54,241 bases of DNA from an uncultured Clostridia bacterium (GTDB taxonomy: Bacteria > Bacillota > Clostridia > Christensenellales > UBA1242), in contig CATLBG010000001.1 of NCBI GenBank assembly GCA_949878595.1, positions 1 through 54,241 of the forward strand, given 5' to 3'. A model generated the notes under the pieces. That model was not told the DNA's origin, did not search any database, and saw only the letters and a program-made list of their open reading frames with translations. The translations under genes were made by a program, and so were the position numbers. This document shows positions 28,701-38,214 of this stretch, one piece after another (the stretch's first letter is position 1; each line of letters opens with the position of its first letter).

Positions 28701-29513
28701 CCATTTTTACCAGATGGAACACCTGTTCAAATTCTTTTGAACCCACTTGGCGTTCCTTCTCGTATGAATATTGGTCAGCTTCTTGAAGTTCACCTTGGCT
28801 TTATTGCTAAGGCACTTGGCTGGAAAATTGCAACCCCAGTATTTGATGGTGCAAAAGAAGCAGATATTCAAGAATTATTTAAACAAAACAACTTCCCAGA
28901 AGATGGAAAGATACAGCTTTATGATGGAAGAACAGGTGAACCATTTGAAAACCGAACAACAGTTGGTATCATGTATATGCTTAAACTTCACCACCTTGTT
29001 GTTGATAAAATGCACGCTCGTTCAACTGGACCATACTCACTCGTTACTCAACAACCTCTTGGCGGAAAAGCTCAGCTTGGTGGTCAAAGGTTTGGTGAAA
29101 TGGAAGTTTGGGCACTTGAAGCGTATGGTGCAAGTAACATTTTGCAAGAAATGCTCACTGTTAAATCAGACGACGTTGTTGGTCGTCTCAAGACTTATGA
29201 AGCCATTGTTAAAGGCGATAACATAACAGAGCTTGGCATTCCAGAATCATTTAAAGTGTTAATTAAAGAATTGCAGGGCTTGGCACTCGATATTAAAGTG
29301 CTAACTGAAGACAAACAAGAAATTGGTCTTAAAGAACTTATGGAAGACGATAGAGATATGCCAGATCCACTCAGAAATAAGACAGATAGAAATGAAGAAG
29401 AAATTGAAGTTAACTTAAATCAAGAAGAGGATATAAATCCTGGTGAACTCGTTGATGATAGAAATTATGACGATGATGCCGGCAACTTATTTGACTTTGA
29501 TGACGACTTATAA
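25791..29513 (+). CDS. rpoB: DNA-directed RNA polymerase subunit beta, with an acidic C-terminal tail
   Basis: Canonical beta-subunit blocks ([53 protein letters not shown]). 1240 aa. Confidence 0.98.
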   Translation: MSSNLNIKTEKFGLTERHKFGKINEVMEIPYLVEVQKNSYQSFITKGIRDVLRDFSPITDTDNLNRSDAREDNTDSRVELYFLDHKLDGNPKYTEAECKSRDATYAQALKVKVRLVYKETGEVVDQEVYMGDIPIMTDNGSFIINGAERAIVSQLVKSPSVYCNQGINKAGNFVTETDIIPARGAWIEWEEDNNNVLWVHVDRSRKMVGTIFLRALGLSSNEELLAMFDNDPTIVKTIEKDPTTSQEEALIEISKRLRPGEVFNLKAIKKDLEKRFYSTRRYDITGVGRHKFNQKLSIASRIEGKTLAEDIVINGKVYAAAGEVLDETRARFVQNSGVNKVAVEGKLGKFYVLGNNRVDLEAYTGLKAAEAEIDEDVHLPTLLVLLNGCKNKEEKQKVVNENRDELLGRHIMLDDILSAVNYHLCIKQGLGNLDDVDHLGNRRIKTVGELLQAQFFIGMARLERVISERMQVQNVEEISPSTLINVRPVSAAIREFFGSSQMSQFMEQTNPIASLTHKRKVSSIGPGALTRERAGFDVRDVHYTHYGRLCPNETPEGQNIGLINSLATYAKIDKYGFVEAPYRRIDKETGKVTNEVVYMTADVEEKYVIAQANEELTEDGKLKSERVTCRKKGEIVELPREQIDFIDVSPKELVSIATTLVPFIENDDTTRAMMASNMQRQAVPLLKTEAPIVGTGTEHRIAVDSGVMVVAKSDGVVKYVSGEKIVVETKNGDETYELIPFVRSNSGTCMRQRPIVNHGQKVKAGDVLADGPSTKNGELSIGKNILVAFMPWEGYNFDDAILISDELVEDDVLTSIHIEEYEQDARDTKLGPEEITRDIPNVGEDALANLDENGIVRIGAEVTTGDILVGKVTPKGETELTPEERLLRAIFGEKAREVRDTSLRVGHGEGGIVVDVKVFTRENKDELSTGVSKLVRVYIAQKRKMSVGDKMSGRHGNKGVVSRILPKADMPFLPDGTPVQILLNPLGVPSRMNIGQLLEVHLGFIAKALGWKIATPVFDGAKEADIQELFKQNNFPEDGKIQLYDGRTGEPFENRTTVGIMYMLKLHHLVVDKMHARSTGPYSLVTQQPLGGKAQLGGQRFGEMEVWALEAYGASNILQEMLTVKSDDVVGRLKTYEAIVKGDNITELGIPESFKVLIKELQGLALDIKVLTEDKQEIGLKELMEDDRDMPDPLRNKTDRNEEEIEVNLNQEEDINPGELVDDRNYDDDAGNLFDFDDDL

Positions 29514-29533
29514 AAATAATTAAGGGGAAAAAC

Positions 29534-32500
29534 ATGTTTGAATTAAATAATTTTGACTCAATGCAAATCGGTATTGCAAGTCCTGAAAAGATTCGTGAAT
29601 GGTCTTATGGTGAAGTTACAAAACCAGAAACCATTAACTATAGAACACAAAAACCAGAAAGAGATGGTTTATATTGTGAAAGAATCTTCGGACCTACAAA
29701 AGACTGGGAATGTCATTGTGGAAAATATAAGAGAATTCGTTATAAAGGCGTAATCTGCGATAAGTGCGGTGTTGAAGTAACCAGAGCTAAAGTTAGACGT
29801 GAGAGAATGGGTCATATTGATCTTGTAACTCCAGTTTCTCACATTTGGTATTTTAAAGGTGTTCCATCAAGAATTGGTACAGTTTTAAATATTTCAATCA
29901 AAAAACTTGAGCAAGTTTTATACTTCACTTCTTTCATTGTTACTGATCCAGGAACAACTGAATTCGAATATAAACAAATTTTAAACGATAGAGAATATCG
30001 TGAAGCCGTTGAAAAATATGGATCTAAAGCTTTCAAAGCTGGAATGGGTGCTGAGGTTATTAAGCAACTTCTTTCTGAAGTTGACCTTGCAGCAGAATCA
30101 AAACAGTTAAAGGAAGAACTTAGAAAAGCAAAAGGACAAAAGAAACTCAATATTGCAAAAAGGCTTGGAATCATTGATTCATTCATTAGAACTGGTGCTA
30201 AACCAGAATGGATGATTCTTGATGCAATTCCAGTAATCCCACCAGAGCTTCGTCCTATGGTTCCACTTGATGGTGGAAGATTTGCAACAAGTGACGTAAA
30301 TGATCTTTATAGAAGGGTTATTAACAGAAACAACCGTCTTAAAAAGCTCATTGAACTTGGTGCTCCAGAAATTATCTGTAGAAACGAAAAGCGTATGCTT
30401 CAAGAAGCTGTTGACGCACTCATCGACAACGGCAGAAGAGGTAAGCCAATTAGTGGTGCTGGCAATAGAGAGCTTAAATCTCTTTCAGCACTTCTTCGTG
30501 GAAAGCAGGGTCGTTTCCGTCAAAACCTTCTTGGTAAGCGTGTAGACTATTCTGGACGTTCAGTTATCGTTGTAGGACCAAGCCTTAAGTTCTATCAATG
30601 TGGTCTTCCAAAAGAAATGGCTCTTGAACTATTCAAACCATTTATAATGAAGAGACTTGTAGACCTTAATCAATCTCATAACATAAAGAGTGCAAAACAT
30701 ATTGTTGAGCGTGCAAGACCAGTGGTTTGGGACGTTCTTGAAGATGTAATTAAAGATCATCCAGTTCTACTTAACCGTGCACCTACGCTTCATAGACTTT
30801 CAATTCAGGCTTTTGAGCCAGTTCTTGTTGAAGGTGGAGCTATGAAGCTTCACCCACTCACATGTACAGCGTTTAACGCTGACTTTGATGGTGACCAAAT
30901 GGCTATTCACGTTCCGCTTTCACTTGATGCTCAAACCGAAGCAAGATATTTGATGATTTCTTCAAATAACATCTTAAAACTTAGTGATGGTGAACCAATT
31001 TCAGTTCCATACCAAGACATGCTTTATGGTATCTACTATTTAACAGTAGAGCTTCCTGGTGAAAAAGGTGAGGGAAAATCTTTTGCTGATGTTGATGAAG
31101 CTATCATGGCTTATCAAACAGGTAACTGCAGCTTGCACTCAAAAGTTTCAGTTCGTGTTCAAAAAGAAATTGATGGAAAAGTTTATTCAACAAGAATAAA
31201 CACTACCGTTGGTAGAATGATATTCAATCAAGCAATACCTGAGGGAATTGGTATCATCAAGAGAGAAAAACCTGAAGATATGCTTCAAAATGAAATCGAA
31301 TTTGCTGTTAGCAAAAAGATGATGAAAAAGATTATCAAAGCTTGCTATGTAAATCTTGGTTCAACAAAAACTGCAATTATGCTTGATCAAATTAAAGAGC
31401 TTGGATACAAATATTCAACACTTGCATCACTTACAGCAAACCTATTTGATATTCGTGTTGCAAAAGACAGAGAGCAAATTATTGCTGATGCAGATGCTTC
31501 TTCTGTTGTGGTAGATAAGCAGTTCAAGCGTGGTCTTATCACAAAAGATGAAAAATCTGTTAAACTTCTTGATCTTTGGAGCAATGCTCGTATGCAAATT
31601 ACAGATGAAACTATGGAAGCTTATGAGTGTAACAACCCACTTAAGCTCATGGTAAACTCTGGTGCTCGTGGTTCAAAAGACAATATGTGTGACCTTTCTG
31701 GTATTCGTGGTCTTATGATGAGTACTTCAGGAAAAGTTATTGAAGTTCCTATTCGTTCAAGCTTTAGAGATGGTCTTAGCGTTATTGAATACTTCATTGC
31801 AACCCGTGGTGGTCGTAAAGGTATGGTCGATAAAGCACTTAAAACAGCAGACGCTGGTTATCTTACTCGTCGTCTTGTTGACGTTGCTCAAGAAGTTGTT
31901 GTTGATGATGAGGATTGCTTTGCTACTCTTGGCGAAAAAGTTAAGGGTATGGATATCACTGCTATTTATGATGAAGATAGCATGGTAGAATCAATCAGTT
32001 CTCGTATTGTTGGAAGGTACACTGTTAACGATGTATGCGATCCAAAATCAGGAGAAGTTATTGTTCCTGCAGACACAATGATTTCTGTTGAACAAGCTGA
32101 GGCTATTGAAAAAGCAGGTATTGAAAAAGTTACAATCAGAACTGTATTCACTTGCAAATCAAAAGTTGGTGTTTGTGCTAAGTGTTATGGAAGAGATATG
32201 TCTTGCAGATCAAGAGTTAAAGTTGGCGAGGCTGTCGGTGTAATTGCTGCACAATCAATTGGTGAACTTGGAACACAGCTTACCATGAACGTATTCCACG
32301 GCGGTGGTACTGCAACTCAAGACGATATCACAGCAGGTCTTCCAAGAGTTGAAGAAATCTTTGAAGCTAAAAAACCAAAGGGTGTTGCTGTTATTTCAGA
32401 AATTTCTGGTAAGGTTACCAAGATTGATGAACCAAAACAACAGGTTACAGTGCTTTCAGATGATGGAAGTGAAGTCGTTTATGGTGTGCCATATGGTGCG

Positions 32501-33094
32501 AGATTCAAAGTTGCCGTTGGTTCAAAACTTGAGCCTGGTGCAAGAATCACAGAAGGTCCAATCAACCCACACGACATCTTAAAAACTCGCGGTGTTAAAG
32601 ACACACAAGACTATATGATTGTTGAAGTATTAAAGGTATACCACAAGTCTGGTGTTGACGTTAACGATAAACATCTTGAAATTATTATTCGTCAAATGCT
32701 TAAAAAGGTTAGAATTGAAGACTCTGGCGACACAACAATGCTTCCAGGTGACTATGTTGATATCTTCAAATTTGAAGAAGAAAATGAAAGAGCTCTTTCA
32801 GAAGGCAAAGAACCTGCAAATGCAAAACGTGTGCTTCTTTCAATCACAAAATCAGCTCTTGCTACAGACAGCTTCTTGTCGGCTGCATCATTCCAAGAAA
32901 CAGTTAGAGTTCTTACAGATGCTGCAATTAAGGGTAGCGTTGATAACCTTGTTGGTCTTAAAGACAATATTATTATTGGTAAGAGAATTCCTGCCGGTAC
33001 TGGTCTTAAGAGATATAGAGATATCACTCCAACAGAAGTTACTGCTTATGAATCAGAGTTAGAATCAGATTCAGTTGATGAAGTCGATGCTTAA
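29534..33094 (+). CDS. rpoC: DNA-directed RNA polymerase subunit beta-prime
   Basis: Zn-binding [23 protein letters not shown] and catalytic [12 protein letters not shown]. 1186 aa. Confidence 0.98.
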   Translation: MFELNNFDSMQIGIASPEKIREWSYGEVTKPETINYRTQKPERDGLYCERIFGPTKDWECHCGKYKRIRYKGVICDKCGVEVTRAKVRRERMGHIDLVTPVSHIWYFKGVPSRIGTVLNISIKKLEQVLYFTSFIVTDPGTTEFEYKQILNDREYREAVEKYGSKAFKAGMGAEVIKQLLSEVDLAAESKQLKEELRKAKGQKKLNIAKRLGIIDSFIRTGAKPEWMILDAIPVIPPELRPMVPLDGGRFATSDVNDLYRRVINRNNRLKKLIELGAPEIICRNEKRMLQEAVDALIDNGRRGKPISGAGNRELKSLSALLRGKQGRFRQNLLGKRVDYSGRSVIVVGPSLKFYQCGLPKEMALELFKPFIMKRLVDLNQSHNIKSAKHIVERARPVVWDVLEDVIKDHPVLLNRAPTLHRLSIQAFEPVLVEGGAMKLHPLTCTAFNADFDGDQMAIHVPLSLDAQTEARYLMISSNNILKLSDGEPISVPYQDMLYGIYYLTVELPGEKGEGKSFADVDEAIMAYQTGNCSLHSKVSVRVQKEIDGKVYSTRINTTVGRMIFNQAIPEGIGIIKREKPEDMLQNEIEFAVSKKMMKKIIKACYVNLGSTKTAIMLDQIKELGYKYSTLASLTANLFDIRVAKDREQIIADADASSVVVDKQFKRGLITKDEKSVKLLDLWSNARMQITDETMEAYECNNPLKLMVNSGARGSKDNMCDLSGIRGLMMSTSGKVIEVPIRSSFRDGLSVIEYFIATRGGRKGMVDKALKTADAGYLTRRLVDVAQEVVVDDEDCFATLGEKVKGMDITAIYDEDSMVESISSRIVGRYTVNDVCDPKSGEVIVPADTMISVEQAEAIEKAGIEKVTIRTVFTCKSKVGVCAKCYGRDMSCRSRVKVGEAVGVIAAQSIGELGTQLTMNVFHGGGTATQDDITAGLPRVEEIFEAKKPKGVAVISEISGKVTKIDEPKQQVTVLSDDGSEVVYGVPYGARFKVAVGSKLEPGARITEGPINPHDILKTRGVKDTQDYMIVEVLKVYHKSGVDVNDKHLEIIIRQMLKKVRIEDSGDTTMLPGDYVDIFKFEEENERALSEGKEPANAKRVLLSITKSALATDSFLSAASFQETVRVLTDAAIKGSVDNLVGLKDNIIIGKRIPAGTGLKRYRDITPTEVTAYESELESDSVDEVDA

Positions 33095-33102
33095 TTATAA
33101 TT

Positions 33103-33131
33103 AAAACAGAGCAATTTTGCTCTGTTTTTTT
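33103..33131 (+). terminator. Terminator after rpoC
   Basis: AAAACAGAGCAA-TTT-TGCTCTGTTTTTTT. Confidence 0.85.
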
Positions 33132-33145
33132 GTGATGTTTTGATA

Positions 33146-33174
33146 TTGACTTTACATACAAAAAGAGGTAAAAT
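33146..33174 (+). promoter_or_regulatory. Sigma-A promoter
   Basis: TTGACT (33146-33151), 17-nt spacer, TAAAAT (33169-33174). Confidence 0.6.
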
Positions 33175-33200
33175 GTAAATATAAAAAAGGAGTGAAAATT

Positions 33201-33845
33201 ATGGCAGAAAATAACAATTTAAATATAATAGTGCAAGGCGAATTTTCAGATGGTTATGCTTTAGCAATGGCTCAAAATGGTGAATGCCTAGTAATTAGTG
33301 AAAATAATGAAATTCAAAAGGCTAAAAGTTTAGATTATAAACTTTTTAGAGGAATATATCAATATAGTATTAATAATGCCAAGCTATCTAAGTTTTATAA
33401 AGGTGTTGCTACAGTAGAAATTACAGAAAATATTACTAATCCTAAATCTTTTCGAGATGATGAGTTTATAACAGAAAAAATCTATTTAACAAGATCAGGT
33501 TTCATTCTTAATCGCCAATCTTATAATATTGCTAATCCAAAGGAACCAGAAGACATTATAACTTTGGCTCAAAGAGTATATGATGAACCAGAAATATTCT
33601 TAAAATTAAAGAAAACTGATTTAATAGATAAAAAAACCGCAAAAGCTCTTCTTGATGTTGCTATGCATTCAATTGAGGCTGAAATTATGGAAAGGAAGAA
33701 GCAGATTAAAGCTGGTGAATTATCAGAAATAGATTATGAACTTGAATCAGAAAATGTGCTTCCATTTGCCAACAAAGCTTATAAGCATTTAAAAAAGATG
33801 ATTAAAAAATTAGAAAAAGGCTCTTCTGGCCCAGTATCAGGTTAA
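33201..33845 (+). CDS. Hypothetical protein (214 aa)
   Basis: ATG at 33201 lies 8 nt after GGAG. The tracked GTG at 33192 overlaps the RBS. No recognisable domain. Confidence 0.6.
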   Translation: MAENNNLNIIVQGEFSDGYALAMAQNGECLVISENNEIQKAKSLDYKLFRGIYQYSINNAKLSKFYKGVATVEITENITNPKSFRDDEFITEKIYLTRSGFILNRQSYNIANPKEPEDIITLAQRVYDEPEIFLKLKKTDLIDKKTAKALLDVAMHSIEAEIMERKKQIKAGELSEIDYELESENVLPFANKAYKHLKKMIKKLEKGSSGPVSG

Positions 33846-33857
33846 GGTGAAACTATA

Positions 33858-33950
33858 ATGAATAAGAAAGAATTTTATAATGCATTTAATGCAATTTTTG
33901 AAGATCTGTGTGGTTTAATTGATCAAGTTTTTGAAGATGAAGAAGCATAA
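33858..33950 (+). CDS. Candidate micro-ORF (30 aa, acidic)
   Basis: AAGGTGA RBS lies 7 nt upstream. Translation is MNKKEFYNAFNAIFEDLCGLIDQVFEDEEA. A strong terminator follows immediately. Confidence 0.35.
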   Translation: MNKKEFYNAFNAIFEDLCGLIDQVFEDEEA

Positions 33951-33981
33951 AACAGCCCCAAGTTTTTGGGGTTGTTTTTTT
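33951..33981 (+). terminator. Rho-independent terminator
   Basis: AACAGCCCCAA-GTTTT-TGGGGTTGTTTTTTT. Confidence 0.85.
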
Positions 33982-34004
33982 ACTCTTAATCAAATAAAAT
34001 TTTG

Positions 34005-34056
34005 TTGACAGCAAAAACAAAATAATGTTACTATTAACTTGTTGTTGAAACAACAA
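34005..34056 (+). promoter_or_regulatory. Promoter plus an 18-bp palindromic operator upstream of the ADH-ALDH-YhhN operon
   Basis: TTGACA (34005-34010), then TGtTACTAT. The palindrome TTGTTGTT-GA-AACAACAA (34039-34056) lies just downstream of the -10 box. Confidence 0.55.
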
Positions 34057-34075
34057 CTTTATAAAGAGGTAGATT

Positions 34076-35278
34076 ATGAACATTTTTAAACTATTATATT
34101 GTCGCACTTTTCAGGGCATGTTCAAATTAATGTTGCCAGTGCTTCCTTATAGAGAGCCAAAGCTCTTAAAATCTTATGATGAAATCGTTAATGTTTTAAA
34201 GCAAAATAAACATGATAATGTTTTGCTTGTAACTGATAAAGGAATTAGCAAACTTGGTTTAACAAAGGCATTAGAGGATTCACTTAAACAGAACAATATT
34301 GATGTTGTTGTTTATGATGATACTGTTGCAAACCCAACAACAAAAAATGTTGAAGAAGCACTTGCAATTTATAAGAAAGAAGAATGTTCCGCAATAATAG
34401 CCTTTGGTGGTGGGTCAGCGATGGATTGTGCTAAGGGAACAGGTGCAAGAGTTGCTAATCCTAAGAAAACCCTAAGCAAAATGAAAGGCATTTTAAAGGT
34501 AAGAAAAAGGATTCCACTTTTAATTGCAATTCCAACAACCGCAGGCACAGGAAGCGAAACTACTCTTGCTGCTGTTATTACTGACAGTGAAACAAGGCAC
34601 AAATATGCAATTAATGATTTTCCATTAATTCCAAGTTATGCTGCACTAATGCCAGAGTTAACTTTTGGCTTGCCAAAGCACATAACATCAACAACAGGTA
34701 TGGATGCACTCACTCATGCAATTGAGGCTTATGTCGGTAGAAGCACAACAAAAGATACAAGAAAAGCTTCATTAGAAGCAATAAAATTAATTTTTGAAAA
34801 CTTAACCATCGCCTATGATGATGGAAACAATAAACAAGCAAGAGCAAATATGCTTCATGCTGCATATCTTGCTGGGGTAGCCTTCACAAAATCTTATGTT
34901 GGTTATGTTCATGCTATTGCACACTCACTTGGTGGAAAGTATAATATTCCTCATGGACTTGCCAATGCAATTATTCTTCCTTATGTTCTAAAAGCATATG
35001 GCAGAACAATTTATAAAAAACTTTGGAAGATGGGGGTTTATGTGGGATTGTTTGATTCAAGCACACCAAAAGAGATAGGGGCTAAACTTTTTATTGAAAA
35101 AATTGAAGAGTTAAATAAATATATGAACATTGGAACTTCAATAAGTGAAATTAAAGAAAAAGATATTATTGAACTTGCAAAAACTGCAGAGCATGAAGCA
35201 AATCCTCTTTATCCTGTTCCTGTGCTCTTTACGGCAAAAGATTTGCAAAAACTTTATTATGAGGTAAAAAATGGATAG
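34076..35278 (+). CDS. Iron-containing (group III) alcohol dehydrogenase
   Basis: GGGSAMDCAKG, the PTTAGTGSE nucleotide/metal region, and His cluster HAIAHSLGG...PHG. Confidence 0.9.
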   Translation: MNIFKLLYCRTFQGMFKLMLPVLPYREPKLLKSYDEIVNVLKQNKHDNVLLVTDKGISKLGLTKALEDSLKQNNIDVVVYDDTVANPTTKNVEEALAIYKKEECSAIIAFGGGSAMDCAKGTGARVANPKKTLSKMKGILKVRKRIPLLIAIPTTAGTGSETTLAAVITDSETRHKYAINDFPLIPSYAALMPELTFGLPKHITSTTGMDALTHAIEAYVGRSTTKDTRKASLEAIKLIFENLTIAYDDGNNKQARANMLHAAYLAGVAFTKSYVGYVHAIAHSLGGKYNIPHGLANAIILPYVLKAYGRTIYKKLWKMGVYVGLFDSSTPKEIGAKLFIEKIEELNKYMNIGTSISEIKEKDIIELAKTAEHEANPLYPVPVLFTAKDLQKLYYEVKNG

Positions 35279-36647
35279 CAAGAAGATTATTGCGAAATTT
35301 AATTTACAGAAAAACAATCAAATGAATAGTCTACTTAAAAGTGTAAAATATCGTATAGGGCTACTTAAAAAACTATATAAAAACATTAAATTAATGAAAA
35401 AGGAAATCTTTGAGGCTTTGAAAGAAGACTTGAATAAAAGTGAAATAGAAAGTTATATGTGTGAAGTTGGCCTTGTGCTTAATGAAATAAGCTTTATGCT
35501 TAAACACATAAAAAAATACTCAGCACCACAAAGTGTTCCAACACCACTTGCACAATTTAGGTCAAAAAGTTACAAACTTCCATGCCCTTATGGAACAGTG
35601 CTTATTATTAGTCCTTGGAACTATCCATTTATGCTATCGATTGAGCCACTTGTAGACGCACTTGCGGCAGGCAACAGTGCCATAATAAAACCAAGTGAAT
35701 ATTCTCCTAAAGTTAGCAAGGTTATTGAAAAACTTATAAGTGAAACTTTTAATCCATCAGAGGTTAGTGTTGTTCAAGGTGCAGTTGAAGAGTGTTCTCT
35801 TTTGCTTGAGCAAGATTTTGACTATATTTTTTATACTGGAAGCACAAGGGTTGGCGAAATTGTTATGAAAAAGGCAGCTGAACATTTTACTCCAGTAACA
35901 TTAGAGATGGGAGGCAAAAGTCCATGTGTTGTTGATGAGACTGCAAATATTAGTCTTGCTGCAAAACGAATTGTTTTTGGAAAATTTTTAAATGCTGGTC
36001 AAACTTGTGTTGCTCCTGATTATATACTTTGCCATAGCAAAATAAAAAATAAACTCATAAGTGAGCTTTCAAGGCAAATTGTTTTGCAATATTCAGTTGA
36101 TCCTATTCAAAACCCAAACTATCCAAGAATGGTTAATGAAAAGCAGTTTAATGCCATGGTGAGTTTTATAACTAATCAAAACTTGGTTTTTGGCGGAAGA
36201 TATGATACAAAAACCCTCAAAATTGAGCCTACAATCTTAAGATCTAATTTCAATTCTGCTGAGATGAAAAGTGAAATCTTTGGGCCAATTTTACCTGTCA
36301 TAACTTATGAAACAACTGAAGAGGCAATAGAAAAAATTAATTTATTAACAAAGCCACTTGCATTTTATATTTTTTCATCTTCAAAAAAGAATCAAGAAAA
36401 ATTTCTTAATTCATGTGATTTTGGTGGTGGTTGTGTTAATGACACTGTCATACACATTGCATCATCACATCTTGGTTTTGGTGGGCTAAAACATAGTGGA
36501 ATTGGTGCATATCATGGAAAGATTGGCTTTGATACTTTCAGTCATTATAAGAGCATAGTTAACAAAAAAACATGGATAGACCTTCCAATGCGATATCAGC
36601 CTTACTCAAAGTTAAAATATAGGCTCATAAAAATGTTTTTAAAATAG
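35271..36647 (+). CDS. Aldehyde dehydrogenase, class 3-like (fatty/aromatic aldehyde type)
   Basis: Catalytic LEMGGKSPCVV (Glu) and GQTCVAPDY (Cys); about 458 aa, typical of the ALDH3 family. The start overlaps the ADH stop by 8 nt. Confidence 0.9.
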   Translation: MDSKKIIAKFNLQKNNQMNSLLKSVKYRIGLLKKLYKNIKLMKKEIFEALKEDLNKSEIESYMCEVGLVLNEISFMLKHIKKYSAPQSVPTPLAQFRSKSYKLPCPYGTVLIISPWNYPFMLSIEPLVDALAAGNSAIIKPSEYSPKVSKVIEKLISETFNPSEVSVVQGAVEECSLLLEQDFDYIFYTGSTRVGEIVMKKAAEHFTPVTLEMGGKSPCVVDETANISLAAKRIVFGKFLNAGQTCVAPDYILCHSKIKNKLISELSRQIVLQYSVDPIQNPNYPRMVNEKQFNAMVSFITNQNLVFGGRYDTKTLKIEPTILRSNFNSAEMKSEIFGPILPVITYETTEEAIEKINLLTKPLAFYIFSSSKKNQEKFLNSCDFGGGCVNDTVIHIASSHLGFGGLKHSGIGAYHGKIGFDTFSHYKSIVNKKTWIDLPMRYQPYSKLKYRLIKMFLK

Positions 36648-36655
36648 GAGAATTT

Positions 36656-37375
36656 ATGAAGAGAAAATTTTTAATAGCAAATGCACTTCTTATCTGTTTA
36701 ATTTTAGTTGGTGATATTTTTTATATTTTAAAAGGTGGATTGCTTATCAAAAGTTTAACAAGTGCAGGTTTTGTTTTGCTAGGCTTGCTTAATTTTGTGT
36801 TTGTTATTTTAACAAAAGAGAACGACTTTAAATTTTCATGTTTAATGTTTTCAGGATTATTTTTTGCAATGCTAGGTGACATTATATTAGAAATAGAATT
36901 TATTATTGGTGCAGTTCTATTTGCAATTGGTCATTTGTTATTTTTTGTTTCTTATTCAACACTTATTAAGTTTAAATGGAAAGATTTAATTTATGGTGCA
37001 ATAATTTTTGTGCCATCGGTTTTGTTTATTACTCTTGCACCAATTTTTGATTTTGAAGGCATGCTAATGGAAATCGTTTGCGTGATTTATGCAATAATAA
37101 TTTCATGCATGGTTGGGAAATCAATTTCAAATCTTATTTATGAAAGAAGCTTAAAGAGCATAGTGATAGTTATAGGAAGCATTCTTTTCTTCTTTTCAGA
37201 CCTAATGCTTTTATTAAATGTGTTTGGAGATATTGGCAGAATTGCGGGCATACTTTGTCTTGCAACCTATTATCCAGCAGAATGTGTGTTAGCTTATTCT
37301 ATAATTGAATCTAAAAGAGATAAACTCAGTTTAAAAGAGAAATTTTTATCAAAGGAGATTTCAAACAATGATTAA
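36656..37375 (+). CDS. YhhN/TMEM86 family lysoplasmalogenase
   Basis: Family motifs GLFFAMLGDIILE, GAVLFAIGHLLFFVSY, GSILFFFSDLMLLLN and YYPAECVLAYSI. 8 TM segments. Confidence 0.85.
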   Translation: MKRKFLIANALLICLILVGDIFYILKGGLLIKSLTSAGFVLLGLLNFVFVILTKENDFKFSCLMFSGLFFAMLGDIILEIEFIIGAVLFAIGHLLFFVSYSTLIKFKWKDLIYGAIIFVPSVLFITLAPIFDFEGMLMEIVCVIYAIIISCMVGKSISNLIYERSLKSIVIVIGSILFFFSDLMLLLNVFGDIGRIAGILCLATYYPAECVLAYSIIESKRDKLSLKEKFLSKEISNND

Positions 37376-38054
37376 AAATACAACTTTTAGAATACTTTAT
37401 CAAACAATTTATGTTGTTTTAGGTTTTTTGGGGGTTATAGGTAGCGTAGGATACTTTGAAAATAGTTTTAGTGGTGAATTTTATGTTTATTATACAAATC
37501 TAAGCAACTATATTTGCTTAGGAATAATGGTTGCATGCCTTGTTCAAACAATTAAAATCAACAGAAAAAAACAAGATGAGTTTTGCACGGTTCTTCCACT
37601 ATTTAAGTTTTTGTGCGTAATAATGATACTTGTTACCTTTTTAGTTTATAATATTTTGCTCTCTAGTGGAAAGACTGCCAGTGAATATTTTTCTTCACCA
37701 TCAAATTTATTGATGCATTTAATTTTGCCACTAATGTTTATAGCAGATTGGATTATGTTTTATGAACATGGAAAGGTAAGATGGTTCTATCCATTGCTTT
37801 CAACAATTATGCCACTTGTTTATGTTATTTTGATTTTAATTAGAGCAGGAATTATTGGTGCTGCTAATATTTCAGTAAAAATATTATATCCATATTTCTT
37901 TTTAAATGTAGACAATCTTGGCTGGGGAGGCTTTTTTGCATGGATTGGCATACTTGTTGCTATATTTATTTTTATTGGTTATATCTTTTATTTTTTCGAC
38001 AATTTCAAATTATTTAAGCAAAAATTTAAAAGATTAAACAAAAAAGATAAATAA
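37368..38054 (+). CDS. Pr6Pr / FAR-17a-AIG1-like integral membrane protein
   Basis: YYTNLSNYICL, LLMHLILPLMFIADWIMF and YPYFFLNVDNLGWGG match the Pr6Pr/AIG1-like pattern. The start overlaps the YhhN stop (ATGATTAA). Confidence 0.65.
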   Translation: MIKNTTFRILYQTIYVVLGFLGVIGSVGYFENSFSGEFYVYYTNLSNYICLGIMVACLVQTIKINRKKQDEFCTVLPLFKFLCVIMILVTFLVYNILLSSGKTASEYFSSPSNLLMHLILPLMFIADWIMFYEHGKVRWFYPLLSTIMPLVYVILILIRAGIIGAANISVKILYPYFFLNVDNLGWGGFFAWIGILVAIFIFIGYIFYFFDNFKLFKQKFKRLNKKDK

Positions 38055-38063
38055 TATAAAATA

Positions 38064-38094
38064 AAAAAACCACCATAATTTGGTGATTTTTTTA
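38064..38094 (+). terminator. Terminator after the lipid operon
   Basis: A-run, CACCA-TAATT-TGGTG stem, then T7. Confidence 0.5.
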
Positions 38095-38214
38095 TAATAA
38101 AAATATGTTTACTTTAAAATTAAATTTGCTTTAATTCTTCTTTTTGTTATAATAAATATGATAAATTTTTTATAATATAAAAAAATAATTTTCATTTTTG
38201 GAGGGATAATTTTT

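Noticed and set aside
19357-33062. Many 60-150-aa alternate-frame or antisense ORFs inside fusA, tuf, rpoB and rpoC (for example 28238-28606 minus, 28771-29226 plus, 32652-33062 plus)
   Set aside because: All lie wholly within highly conserved, full-length housekeeping CDSs and have no independent start signals. They are typical frame shadows. The same applies to the internal ORFs of the P-type ATPase (6017-8733) and the M60-like gene.
33886-34107. 73-aa minus-strand ORF across the ADH promoter region. Similar intergenic-spanning ORFs occur at 12591-12821 minus, 16695-16883 minus and 21331-21516 minus.
   Set aside because: They run through terminators, promoters and the RBS regions of well-supported genes. 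They have no RBS and give low-complexity products.
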